A stretch of 64,000 bases of DNA from a virus: the IMG/VR virus record IMGVR_UViG_3300045988_023748. One strand, given 5' to 3'. The position numbers and the translations under genes are program-made. Position 1 is the stretch's first letter. The number at the start of each line of letters is the position of its first letter. Of this stretch, positions 15,904 through 25,785 are shown piece after piece. The notes under the pieces were generated by a model that saw nothing but the letters and a program-made list of their open reading frames with translations, was not told the DNA's origin and did no database searches.

Positions 15904-15905
15904 TA

Positions 15906-16079
15906 TGAAAGAGCTATTAAAGAATTGGATACTGAAACTAACGTGTCGGCATAATTGGAAGGAACTAAAGCACATGAATGTATACATGAATGATGAAGAA
16001 ATTCCTTATTCCCATGTATACCTTTTGGTATGCACTAAGTGTGGTAAGTTTAAGCAAGTGAAAATGAAACCAGGCTAGA
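15906..16079 (+). CDS. small Zn-ribbon-like protein (57 aa), not in track
   Basis: ...CRHNWKELKHMNVY...CTKCGKFKQVK, read manually. Confidence 0.3.
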
Positions 16080-16215
16080 GACTGGATTATAATTAACTCA
16101 GGCGATGACAACTAAAGTAGAGTTGAGCGTATGTAATAAGACGTGCTCCGAAGTACAAGGAGTGGGGTGGTTGCAGTATACCTCTTTAGGGACATAAGTC
16201 TTAATCACTGCTCCA

Positions 16216-16287
16216 ACGCCATTAACAATCGTTTTGATCGGGTCCACAGTACGCGTAGTGGCAGGGGTTCGAATCCTCTGATGGCGA
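16216..16287 (+). pseudogene. degenerate tRNA-like element (T-arm agggg-ttcgaat-cctct, acceptor cgccatt/gatggcg) in a GC-richer non-coding block
   Basis: The acceptor and T-arm pair, but the D and anticodon arms do not fold canonically. Confidence 0.25.
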
Positions 16288-16319
16288 CATCCCTTAAGTC
16301 TTGTAACTAAATAACTCTT

Positions 16320-16562
16320 ATGATAATAGGTAAGAAAGTAAATAAGATTACTAGTTCTTCTCTGGCAGAAGAATCCTCCAAGATTATTGATGCATTTCAG
16401 TCTACTGTTAATAAGTTACGTGATGTAGCTAAAAGAGCAGATGATGAGAAAGCAGCTAAAGAACAAGAGATTATTTCATTACAAACTGAGACAGCTAATC
16501 TTAGCGAAGTCTCTAATAAAGCAACTTCCATGGCCGATAAGATTGGAAGTTTACTTCAATAA
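16320..16562 (+). CDS. hypothetical protein (80 aa)
   Basis: ORF track. Confidence 0.4.
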   Translation: MIIGKKVNKITSSSLAEESSKIIDAFQSTVNKLRDVAKRADDEKAAKEQEIISLQTETANLSEVSNKATSMADKIGSLLQ

Positions 16563-16566
16563 TCAA

Positions 16567-17019
16567 ATGGGTAAATTAATAGACATTAAAGACATCGAAT
16601 TTGAATTAGACGAGTTTCTTAATGCTGAGTCTTTCTTAGATTTAGCTAAAGGAGACATAACTAGAGCCTTTGCATTAGGATATCTTAGAGATGAGTTACA
16701 AGAACCTCTTCATGCAGCTATAGATGCTGGTGATAAGGGTTTGCGACTATCTAAGTCATTTGATATGGCTATACAGAAAGTTAGACCTTATGTAAATGAT
16801 ATGACTAAGATATCTGATGAAGAAATGTCTAAGGATGATTTCTCATTGATGGAAGTATGTAATGCTGTATTAGATCAGCTTACATATGAAGAGCCTGAGG
16901 ATGAACTGTATGTTGCATTCGTATTAGGAATGTGGACATTACATTTACTTCACAAAGCAACAGAAGCTGAAACAGATTCCGACGAAGATTTTGTTGAAGA
17001 TCCTACAGCTGATGCATAA
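16567..17019 (+). CDS. acidic hypothetical protein (~150 aa)
   Basis: Probable start at ATG 16567 within track ORF 16441..17019. Confidence 0.4.
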   Translation: MGKLIDIKDIEFELDEFLNAESFLDLAKGDITRAFALGYLRDELQEPLHAAIDAGDKGLRLSKSFDMAIQKVRPYVNDMTKISDEEMSKDDFSLMEVCNAVLDQLTYEEPEDELYVAFVLGMWTLHLLHKATEAETDSDEDFVEDPTADA

Positions 17020-17452
17020 GTATACAATATTTACTGATGGAGCATACTCTCCTGCTAGAAATCAAGGTGGAATAGGATTCGTTATCGTGGAAGATGGAAA
17101 GGAAGTATTCTCCTACAGTAAAATGTATGTAAATAGTACTAATCAAAGAATGGAACTAATGGCAGTTATAGTCGCATTAGAATCCATTAAAACTAGCTCA
17201 GAAGTCATTATAGTTACTGATTCCATGTATATAGTAGGTACTCTTACTAAGAACTGGAAAAGGAAAGCTAATACTGACTTATGGGCTAGACTTGATAGGG
17301 CTATTGAACGTCATAAGCTTATAGACGTGAGATGGGTCAAAGGACATAATGGTTCTGAGTATAATGAGAAAGCTGATAAGCTTGCTTATAATGCTAGCAA
17401 TGAATTAAACTTAAATATGTATGAAATACAAGAAGAAACAACAACGTCTTAG
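16991..17452 (+). CDS. rnh: ribonuclease H
   Basis: FTDGAYSPARNQGGIGFVI ... ELMAVIVALE ... VKGHNGSEYNEKADKLA: RNase HI catalytic D/E/D/H/D architecture. Confidence 0.8.
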   Translation: MLKILQLMHKYTIFTDGAYSPARNQGGIGFVIVEDGKEVFSYSKMYVNSTNQRMELMAVIVALESIKTSSEVIIVTDSMYIVGTLTKNWKRKANTDLWARLDRAIERHKLIDVRWVKGHNGSEYNEKADKLAYNASNELNLNMYEIQEETTTS

Positions 17453-17542
17453 AGACCGTCAAGCATGGTGGGATAAGCAGTCTGATACATTCAAAAGGGC
17501 TACTACAAGACCAGGTTCTATTAAAAAGAAAGCATAAAGATT

Positions 17543-18364
17543 ATGGACACACAAATTGGTACTAGACCCCAAATAGGAGCTCTAGAGATTCATCAAGCTT
17601 ATATATTAGCTAGCTTAAACTGGTTGCAACAAACCAGAAGCTTAGAGATGAATCATGTTGCAATTGAGAAAGCTGAGAAAGCTAAGTTACTAGGATTTGA
17701 TCACTCTTCAGTTATTACAGATGCTGAGAAGTATATGAATAACTTAGAGACTTTTAAATGCTATAACTTCTTCTCGCAGAACTTCCCTGGATGCATTATA
17801 CTCAAAGAGGAAGATTTTATTAATCTGAATGTTAAGTATGGATTGGTATCCGGGCCACTATCGTATTATAAAGGTGATATACCAGAAGATAATCTGGATG
17901 AAATCTTGGCTACTAAGACTACACTAGACTCGTTAACGGATAATAAATACTCTAATCGTGATAATGCTCTTATTACTAACGTAAAAGTCAATGTCAGAAG
18001 GAGTAGTACTTCAAATCCATACTCTCACTATAACTTTTATCGTGAAGAGCCTGTTTCCGAAGGTCTAATATTCTTACAATACCACAAGAAAGAACTTCTA
18101 GCGTATCCATTTGCCAAGTATTGGAATGGAAGAACTGAGGGAGTAACTATGTCTCATACTGCCTGTAAATCTACAGACTTATTTATAGCTGCGCCAGTAG
18201 ACGATATGCAACAACTGGTATCTTTTACTGAAACTGAGATAAGAGTAATGCCGCGAAGTATTGATCCATTTGTATTCCAAGTGACCCCAATAGGTGTTGT
18301 TATCTATTCTAAATGGGGAGAAGAAGCCAGTGATGCTATCTTTGATAATGTAAAACCTTTATAA
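17543..18364 (+). CDS. hypothetical protein, paralog B of 13017..13820
   Basis: Shared sequence blocks (see 13017). Confidence 0.5.
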   Translation: MDTQIGTRPQIGALEIHQAYILASLNWLQQTRSLEMNHVAIEKAEKAKLLGFDHSSVITDAEKYMNNLETFKCYNFFSQNFPGCIILKEEDFINLNVKYGLVSGPLSYYKGDIPEDNLDEILATKTTLDSLTDNKYSNRDNALITNVKVNVRRSSTSNPYSHYNFYREEPVSEGLIFLQYHKKELLAYPFAKYWNGRTEGVTMSHTACKSTDLFIAAPVDDMQQLVSFTETEIRVMPRSIDPFVFQVTPIGVVIYSKWGEEASDAIFDNVKPL

Positions 18365-18376
18365 AATTTAATTATC

Positions 18377-20389
18377 GTGGAATTTATTGATTTTAAACGA
18401 GCAGTTTATAAGCAATTTGATGCCTTAGCTAATAATGCTGATAGATTGTATTTAACTAATGTTAATAAGGATGAGCTGTGGGATTGTTACATAGATTCTT
18501 ATCCAGAAGACGAGAGACAATCACATACATGTAATTGCTGTCGTCAATTTATCAAACCTTATGGCAATGTAGTTGCAATAGTTAATAACAAGTTAGTAAG
18601 TATTTGGGATTCCTTAGTGTTAGATGAACCTTATGCTACAGTAGCCAGAAACTTAGCCCAACTTGTTAAATCTAAACCAGTATGTGACGTATTTGTTAGT
18701 AAGGTGGTTAAACTGGGTACAGATAAGAACAATGTGTGGATAGAAACTCCTACGAGACACGTACATACATGGAATCATTTATTTTACAAGCTTCCTAATC
18801 ATTTACTTTGTGCAGTATCTGATTCTGAAGAAGCAGTAAGAGGAGCACTTCGTACCAATAAAACAGTATTGAAGCGGGCTTTGGATGAGTTATCCATGGA
18901 TGCTTTTGACATTGTTCTGGATTTGATTTCACAAGGTTCTTTGTATCGTGGAGACCAGTACAAATCCGATCTAGAGGCATTTGTTGCACTTAAGAAGAAA
19001 TATGAAGTAGTACCCCGTGAGGAACGTGATAATTTCTGCTGGGTTGAATCTGCTAAAGTTGGATATGTAGGACGTATTAGGAATACTGCTATAGGCACTT
19101 TGCTTGTAGACATCTCCAATGGACGTGAACTTGATGAAAGTGTAAGAGCTTACGAGAGAATAGTAGCTCCTGCTAATTATCAAAGACCTAAGACAATAGC
19201 TACTAAGAAGATGATTCAAGCTGCTGAAGCTAGGGTTATTGAACTAGGGCTAATGGATGCACTTCCAAGGCGACATGCAGAAATTACTGACATTACAGTT
19301 AATGATGTAATCTTTGCTGATAGAAATGCTAAGAAGTCAATGCTTGGGAATAGTGTATTCCAAGATTTAGCGGAAGATATTCCAGTTAATCCTAAGAAAT
19401 TAGGTACTGTTGCTGAAATATCAATTGAGGACTTTATTAAGGATGTTGTTCCCAATGCTACCAGTATAGAAGTTCTATTAGAAAGTAGACATATAAACAA
19501 CCTTATGACTCTAACAGCTCCATCTAATAAAGATGCAAAGAATCTATTTAAATGGCCAAACAATTTCGCTTGGACATACAATGGAGACCTTGCAGATTCT
19601 TCTATTAAGGATAAGGTGCAGGCTGCTGGAGGTAAGGTGAATGGATATCTAAGGTGTTCTCTTGCATGGTATAATGGTGATGATTTAGACATCCATATCA
19701 TACAACCTTGGGGTAGTGAAATCAATTACTCGTGTAGAGCTGGAGCCTCTGGTGGGGTGCTAGATGTCGACATGAATGCTGGTGGTATACATTCTCGTAA
19801 ACCAGTAGAGAACGTTATCTGGGAGGATGAACCGCGTATGGAAGGTATGTATACCGTATATGTACACAATTTCTGCAAAAGAGATTATCACGATGTTGGA
19901 TTTACTGTTGAAATTGAATGTAACGGAGAAGTACGTGAGTATACCTACACAACAGATCTTCGAGGTCGTGATAAAGTGACAGTAGCCAGATTTGAGTATT
20001 CTAAGGCCAAGGGAATTGTCATACATGATGTCCTTCCGAGTAATTCAAGTGATAAAGAGACGTGGAACTTGTCTACTAACAAATTCCATAAGGTATCGTT
20101 ACTCACTCTGTCTCCAAATTATTGGAACGGTGCAGAAGTAGGCAATAAACACTATTTCTTTATCTTAGATGGGTGCAAGAATCCATCTCCAGTAAGAGGA
20201 TTCTTTAACGAATATCTTAGGAGTGAACTATCTCAGGATCGTAAGACATTTGAGATGTTAGCTAATAAGATGAAGGCTCCTTATTCTGATAATCAGTTGA
20301 GTGGTTTAGGATTCTCATCTACCATCCGCAATAGTGTTATCTGTAAAGTTACTGGCAGCTTTACAAGAACCATTAAAGTTAACTTTTAA
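18377..20389 (+). CDS. large hypothetical protein (670 aa)
   Basis: Long ORF with an N-terminal Cys cluster HTCNCCRQF. No domain recognisable by eye. Confidence 0.55.
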   Translation: MEFIDFKRAVYKQFDALANNADRLYLTNVNKDELWDCYIDSYPEDERQSHTCNCCRQFIKPYGNVVAIVNNKLVSIWDSLVLDEPYATVARNLAQLVKSKPVCDVFVSKVVKLGTDKNNVWIETPTRHVHTWNHLFYKLPNHLLCAVSDSEEAVRGALRTNKTVLKRALDELSMDAFDIVLDLISQGSLYRGDQYKSDLEAFVALKKKYEVVPREERDNFCWVESAKVGYVGRIRNTAIGTLLVDISNGRELDESVRAYERIVAPANYQRPKTIATKKMIQAAEARVIELGLMDALPRRHAEITDITVNDVIFADRNAKKSMLGNSVFQDLAEDIPVNPKKLGTVAEISIEDFIKDVVPNATSIEVLLESRHINNLMTLTAPSNKDAKNLFKWPNNFAWTYNGDLADSSIKDKVQAAGGKVNGYLRCSLAWYNGDDLDIHIIQPWGSEINYSCRAGASGGVLDVDMNAGGIHSRKPVENVIWEDEPRMEGMYTVYVHNFCKRDYHDVGFTVEIECNGEVREYTYTTDLRGRDKVTVARFEYSKAKGIVIHDVLPSNSSDKETWNLSTNKFHKVSLLTLSPNYWNGAEVGNKHYFFILDGCKNPSPVRGFFNEYLRSELSQDRKTFEMLANKMKAPYSDNQLSGLGFSSTIRNSVICKVTGSFTRTIKVNF

Positions 20390-20400
20390 ATGAAAATGTT

Positions 20401-20775
20401 ATGTTTGAGAAAGCATCAAGGGTAAAATTACGTTATTCCACTAATCGTGGAGTATTATCTGTTGAAGATTTGTGGGATTTATCTCTGGAACAACTTGATC
20501 CTATTGCTATTAATCTTAATAAGAGGCTAAAGGAATCACAAACCGAAAGTTTCATTAAGATTCGTACTAAAGACACCACTGAACTTGAACTGAAATTCAA
20601 TATTGTAAAACACATTATTGACGTTAAGTTACAGGAACAGGAAGAACGCATTGTAGCTGCTGAGAAGAAAGCTAAGCGTCAAAAGATTCTTGATCTCATG
20701 GCTAAGAAACAGGATGCAGAGCTTGAGAGTAAATCTTATGAAGAATTGGCTAAAGAGCTTGAAGCATTGTCTTGA
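20401..20775 (+). CDS. coiled-coil hypothetical protein
   Basis: ORF track. KE-rich. Confidence 0.45.
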   Translation: MFEKASRVKLRYSTNRGVLSVEDLWDLSLEQLDPIAINLNKRLKESQTESFIKIRTKDTTELELKFNIVKHIIDVKLQEQEERIVAAEKKAKRQKILDLMAKKQDAELESKSYEELAKELEALS

Positions 20776-20778
20776 GTT

Positions 20779-21039
20779 ATGAATTCTGAGAGAGAATTAG
20801 AGAAGTGGCAAAAGGTAAATAGTGCAGAGACCAAAGAACAGTTATTTGAAGCTGTAGATTTTATTTGCGCTGATGAACCTAATGGACTAATTGGTACTAC
20901 TGGTAAATTATTTACTGCCGACAAATTGAAAAGAAGCATTAATGCAGCCATAACTGGAAGGTTTAATGCCAATGTTGTTACACGTAGATACGGTTTAAGG
21001 CAGCAAGTATTGTACTTAATGTACTATGGTATAGAATAA
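20779..21039 (+). CDS. hypothetical protein (86 aa)
   Basis: ORF track. Confidence 0.4.
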   Translation: MNSERELEKWQKVNSAETKEQLFEAVDFICADEPNGLIGTTGKLFTADKLKRSINAAITGRFNANVVTRRYGLRQQVLYLMYYGIE

Positions 21040-21271
21040 TTATAATAGAGGGGATGTAGGCTTAAAAGCGGCCATCATTTAAAGAGTTGCGAGTAGGTTT
21101 CTATTGAAGTATAATTAGGCAGCATCCTTACTGATAGCCTCGAATCAAGAATGTAATAATGTCGTTTAGAATACTCATGTTGAAACTGCCTATATAGACG
21201 GAGGAAGGTAAACGAGATAAGAGTGAAACTCAGTCAGAGCATTTGGCGTAACAGCACACCCTCTATTCTTT

Positions 21272-21343
21272 AGTCTTATAGTTTAACGGATAGAATACCA
21301 TACTACGGATATGGAGGTTTCAGTTCGATTCTGAATAAGACTA
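21272..21343 (+). tRNA. tRNA-Arg(ACG)
   Basis: agtctta/taagact perfect acceptor, anticodon arm ccata-ctACGga-tatgg, T-arm ttcag-ttcgatt-ctgaa. Confidence 0.8.
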
Positions 21344-21518
21344 CTAATTTAATAAATATGGAAAGAGAATTGTATAACTGGTTGGAAAGAGAGTTCTATA
21401 AAAGTAATCACACTAAATATCATAGATATTTTAAAGAATGGATTACTAATATATGTCCCCATCAAGTTGAGGGCTTTAGAAATCAAATGATTGGCCAACT
21501 AACTAAATCTAAAGTGAA

Positions 21519-21827
21519 ATGACAGATGTTGTAAGTGTTCTTAAAAAAGCTAAAGAATTATTTGTAACCCACCCTGAATACTGGGGAATGTGTTTCTGTA
21601 TAGAACACGCTATGGCAGGAACCGAACGTGGAATCACTATTTATAGCCAACGTGATATAATTACCATGATTCCAGAATTTAACAGGAAGTTTCTAAATGC
21701 TCCTAAAGACAGGTATGGTAAAGCTTATTGGTGGACCCCTGATAGTGAGGAAGGACATAATGCTAGAGTTAAAGCATTTGATAAACTTATTAAGTACTAT
21801 GAACTGGATAAGAAGAATCATGAATAA
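21519..21827 (+). CDS. hypothetical protein (102 aa)
   Basis: ORF track. Confidence 0.4.
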   Translation: MTDVVSVLKKAKELFVTHPEYWGMCFCIEHAMAGTERGITIYSQRDIITMIPEFNRKFLNAPKDRYGKAYWWTPDSEEGHNARVKAFDKLIKYYELDKKNHE

Positions 21828-22164
21828 ACTGTTTATTGACAATGAATCGTTTGATATTGATGAAGATGATATTACCCTGTCACAAATAAAGAATAGAATT
21901 TATGTGAATGGTAAATTAATATCTGAAGTCAATAATGATAGTGTACATATCAGTTTTACTGGTAATGTAAAGGAGCTTAACTGTAATACATGTGACATTG
22001 ATGGAAACGCTCTTACTGTACATGGTAATAGTGTCAAAGTTAAAGGTAATGTAGGAGGTAGTATAGAAGCTAACAGCATCGAAGTAGGTGGTGATGTAGA
22101 GGGAGATATTACTGCTAACTCTGTTAAAGTAAGAGGTAAACATACCGGATCTATTAGTATGTAA
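21821..22164 (+). CDS. bactofilin-like beta-helical repeat protein
   Basis: Repeats NSVKVKGNVGGSIEANSIEVGGDVEGDITANSVKVRG follow the bactofilin GxVxGxI pattern. Probable start at ATG 21821 within track ORF 21697..22164. Confidence 0.4.
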
Positions 22165-22171
22165 CCGTCAA

Positions 22172-22245
22172 GGCTTGATAGCTCAATAGTATAGAGCATC
22201 TCCGTCCTAAGGAGCAGGTTGTGGGTTAGAGTCCCACTCAAGTCA
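22172..22245 (+). tRNA. tRNA-Arg(CCU) with unusual T-loop (ttagagt) and G32
   Basis: ggcttga/tcaagtc acceptor, gctc-aatagtata-gagc, loop gtCCTaa, T-arm gtggg-ttagagt-cccac. Confidence 0.6.
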
Positions 22246-22273
22246 CTAAAAGGAGGCTTAAATTAATTAGATT

Positions 22274-22597
22274 ATGAGAAAGTTATTTGATTTCAGCAAA
22301 CTGTTAGAAGGAAGTTCAATGAATGCGGAGGAAGCATATTCGGTTGCAACGTACAATGAAGTAGTAACTCAAGAAATTATACTTAAGAGGTTCATTAGTA
22401 CTACTGACAGCTTTATTAAGGCTAAAAGTGAGAATAATTACTTTAGTCTAGTAATGGATTTAAATGATGACGAACTAAAATCTATTGATGACATTCTTAA
22501 ATATTACGAAGAGAAGCAATTCTTTGTAAAAGTAATTAATAAGGAAGGTTATCCCGGATTGGTAGGTAATTACTTGTTTATATCCTGGAAGAGGTAA
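22274..22597 (+). CDS. hypothetical protein
   Basis: ORF track. Confidence 0.4.
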   Translation: MRKLFDFSKLLEGSSMNAEEAYSVATYNEVVTQEIILKRFISTTDSFIKAKSENNYFSLVMDLNDDELKSIDDILKYYEEKQFFVKVINKEGYPGLVGNYLFISWKR

Positions 22598-22768
22598 ATT
22601 CTTTATTCTAATATAACTAGTGGATGTATATGAGAGGATATATCTACTTTAGGCATTACGAATGCCGTGAAATTCAATACTATTGAATTATATCATTACG
22701 TATTAGTAATAACTTCTTACGAAGTGCGTGTTAGCTGTTGCTAGCATTTGTAATTATCATATACGCAT

Positions 22769-23278
22769 ATGAACTTTAAAGAACAATCACAATTGGTCAC
22801 TGTACTTAGGGATAAATTTAAAGAACCTATCAGTGATGATGTTATCAAAGAGTTATTCGATAAGAAGAATGAGATTGCTGCCTCTGATGTAGGTACTTCT
22901 CTTGAGTTCGATGATTTCTTTGTAGAAGTTATAGTCAGCTGGATTGATACTGATTTAACTTCCCAGAAAGCAAACCTTCTTATTGAATTGATTAACTCCG
23001 ATAATGGTGCAGTGGACGATTCAGAGGACGCACTTCTGGAGGAACTGGCGGTTTGTGAGGATTTGGATGGTAGTTACTTTGAAATAGCTGAACCAGTTAA
23101 TTCTAATACTTCGTGTAAACATTGCTACTTTAGAGGTGAGCACAACGAATGTAAGTTATATTGTTGTCCATTAACTGGTGCTCAGGTATTTCTGAAGACA
23201 TTGAAGAATAATAAACAAGATGAGAGGGGTGAGCAAGCTAAGAGCATGGTTGAGGAGAAAGGGATTTACTTCTACTGA
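22769..23278 (+). CDS. hypothetical acidic protein
   Basis: ORF track. Confidence 0.45.
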   Translation: MNFKEQSQLVTVLRDKFKEPISDDVIKELFDKKNEIAASDVGTSLEFDDFFVEVIVSWIDTDLTSQKANLLIELINSDNGAVDDSEDALLEELAVCEDLDGSYFEIAEPVNSNTSCKHCYFRGEHNECKLYCCPLTGAQVFLKTLKNNKQDERGEQAKSMVEEKGIYFY

Positions 23279-23687
23279 TTATGTAGGAACCTCAGAATAT
23301 TTTACTATTGAAGGATTTCCGCCTGTAATAAGAATCTCTGACCATGTAGGGAGAAAGGGTACGGAGACTGATAAATATGTAAATATAATACCAGATGGAG
23401 TTGACACATATATATTTGTATATGACAGAGTTACTAAAGCTATGACTTATAAGGAACTCACTAAAACTCTGGATGCATTATTACATTTATATATTACCAT
23501 TCCGACCTTCCTAGCTAATAGAGCTTCTATGAAGAAGGGTTATGATGATTCTGTTAATGCAGTTAAATTAGAATATGCTAGTAAAATAGCCGACCAGAGA
23601 GCAGCCCTTGTTAAAGGCGCTGGTACGTTAGTCCCCATTATAGCAGACTTACAGAGACTCTGTAATATATTAAACAGAGAGAAATGA
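23220..23687 (+). CDS. hypothetical protein
   Basis: ORF track. Its start is probably later, since it overlaps the previous ORF. Confidence 0.4.
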   Translation: MRGVSKLRAWLRRKGFTSTDYVGTSEYFTIEGFPPVIRISDHVGRKGTETDKYVNIIPDGVDTYIFVYDRVTKAMTYKELTKTLDALLHLYITIPTFLANRASMKKGYDDSVNAVKLEYASKIADQRAALVKGAGTLVPIIADLQRLCNILNREK

Positions 23688-23899
23688 CAGTCGTAATTAT
23701 AGCATTGGTAATGTATGGAGTATCTTTCCTATTGTCTACATTGGCTGATTACTTAATAAATAGTCACTGTGAAGACCCAGATACCTTTTATGAATCTCTA
23801 AGTGATGAGTTTTATACTATGTCTCTGTGTCCATTCATATCACCGTTTGTATTTATTTGGCTAATCCATAAGATACTCAAGGAAATGGAGATTAACTAA
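23684..23899 (+). CDS. small membrane protein
   Basis: Two hydrophobic helices. Confidence 0.4.
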   Translation: MTVVIIALVMYGVSFLLSTLADYLINSHCEDPDTFYESLSDEFYTMSLCPFISPFVFIWLIHKILKEMEIN

Positions 23900-23921
23900 T
23901 TTATAAATTAACATTACAAAG

Positions 23922-24197
23922 TTGATGGTAATAGAAGAAGCTGATTTCAGAATGGAATCTGTAGGTGATAGTTCACACTTCTGGGATTTGTCAGTGCTAA
24001 GAACTGTCAAATCCAAGGAAGGAGAACGGCAAGAATTAAAGATAGCAGCGTATGGGGTGCCGTTGCTTACATGTCTTAAGATTATTGCCAATTATCGTGT
24101 TGAAATGAAACATCCAGAATCCATGTCTTTGGCAACTTATATTGCAGATTATAGAGAAGCAATACAGAGATTAGAAGAACTGACTAAAGGTATTTAA
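23922..24197 (+). CDS. hypothetical protein
   Basis: ORF track. Confidence 0.4.
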   Translation: MMVIEEADFRMESVGDSSHFWDLSVLRTVKSKEGERQELKIAAYGVPLLTCLKIIANYRVEMKHPESMSLATYIADYREAIQRLEELTKGI

Positions 24198-24198
24198 C

Positions 24199-24366
24199 TA
24201 TGACTTCAACTGTAGGGGTGACTCCCAAGAAAAGGTCAAGGAGAGTATATGAATCTGTAAAAGTTATGAATTGTACTAGGTGTGGTAGACTTACTAATCA
24301 CACGCTGTATGATTATGAGAAAGGTATCTATAAGTGTAATACTTGTGGTACTATTCATACGAAGTA
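24199..24366 (+). CDS. small Zn-ribbon protein (55 aa), not in track
   Basis: CTRCG...CNTCG, a four-Cys pattern, read manually. Confidence 0.35.
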
Positions 24367-24391
24367 ATTAACATTTAATCTTATCAGTAAA

Positions 24392-24856
24392 ATGGAGAAG
24401 AAGACTTTTAAGGAGAAAGAAAGTCCAGAGGACAGAGTTAAGAGACTTAGAATTAGAGACTGGAATGATGATGCTTTCCTAGTAGCTGAGCATCTGAGAC
24501 AGCCTAGTGTTAAACCTCGCGACCCTAATGTTTGGACTAAAACTCCAAAGGAGCGTAAGCTGTGGAAGAAATTTAGAAGAGTTCCTGCTCCTAATTACAA
24601 TTGGTCTGAGCCGGTTAAAATCATAGACATACCTGGAACTTTGGTAGTCTATGTAAAGGGTGGTAATTTTACTACAGGTAAGCTTAACCCGAAGACCAAG
24701 AAACCTATACCTAAGACTACGTTTAGTCATAAGTGTATCCAGTCTGACATTCCTTATATTTTAGGGAAGTATAAGACGCCCAAATCGGAAGTACTAAAGT
24801 ATTCCTGGAATGGTAAAACGTACAGCCCAGACAATCTACCATTCTGGGGACGTTAA
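24392..24856 (+). CDS. hypothetical basic protein
   Basis: ORF track. Confidence 0.45.
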   Translation: MEKKTFKEKESPEDRVKRLRIRDWNDDAFLVAEHLRQPSVKPRDPNVWTKTPKERKLWKKFRRVPAPNYNWSEPVKIIDIPGTLVVYVKGGNFTTGKLNPKTKKPIPKTTFSHKCIQSDIPYILGKYKTPKSEVLKYSWNGKTYSPDNLPFWGR

Positions 24857-25080
24857 ACTAACAGAATATCCCACCTTTCTATATGAAGTGCAATTATATC
24901 TCATTAGAAAGGATGGGGCAGAATGTGTAGGTACCAAATTCTTCTCTTCTGATAAACCTTTAAGAGTTAAAGAGTCGCAGTTCATCAAGATGGATAAGGA
25001 GATTACCTGTGCTAAGTACATTACTTGGATAGGAGCACCATTAGATTATTTGCGAAATAATAACTTTAAAGTATTTAACA

Positions 25081-25722
25081 GTGAGAAAGCTAGACAAAGA
25101 CGGAAATCCAATACAAGAAGTAACAAGTGATGGAGTTCAAACAGTGGGTGCAGAACCTACTATGAAATATACTGAGAGAGTTATTGATACTACAAGACGT
25201 AAATGTCCTTTATCGTCGGTAATGATTGAAATGTTAGTAAAGCAAATGTCTGCTGAACTAGCTAATCATGCTTTGTATATGACATTCGCTAATTACTTTG
25301 AAGTAGAAGGACTTCCTAAACTTGGCATCTACTGGAGAGGTAGAGCTAAAGAAGAGTACCTACATCATTCGTGGATATTTGAATATCTAACCGAGAATGA
25401 TGCCTTGTTCCAGTATCCCCCAGTTCCTCCTATTAAAGTAGATATCGTAGATAGAATCATGCCTTTTGCTGCTACGGTAGACAGGGAAATTGAGACTACT
25501 ATGAGTATCAACAAGATTGTAGACCAGGCTCAGAAAGAAGGAGATTGGGCTACATTCCAGTGGCTAAACGGAGATGATGAAGATACTGGTATGCTAGTTA
25601 AAGAACAAGTAGAAGAAGAGTCCATTAGTAGAACTATTCTTGATATGGCTAGAGAACAAGCTACATGGCTTCGTAAAGAGAATGCCATACTTGACTTCTA
25701 TAATGGTTTAGGTAGGAAATAA
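25081..25722 (+). CDS. hypothetical protein, possibly ferritin-like four-helix
   Basis: Weak E...EEYLHH pattern. Low certainty. Confidence 0.4.
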   Translation: MRKLDKDGNPIQEVTSDGVQTVGAEPTMKYTERVIDTTRRKCPLSSVMIEMLVKQMSAELANHALYMTFANYFEVEGLPKLGIYWRGRAKEEYLHHSWIFEYLTENDALFQYPPVPPIKVDIVDRIMPFAATVDREIETTMSINKIVDQAQKEGDWATFQWLNGDDEDTGMLVKEQVEEESISRTILDMAREQATWLRKENAILDFYNGLGRK

Positions 25723-25785
25723 TATCTAAATAGAAGATTAGACCATCTAAAGAGATAAGACTTATTATCTTATAAAGTTAATCTT

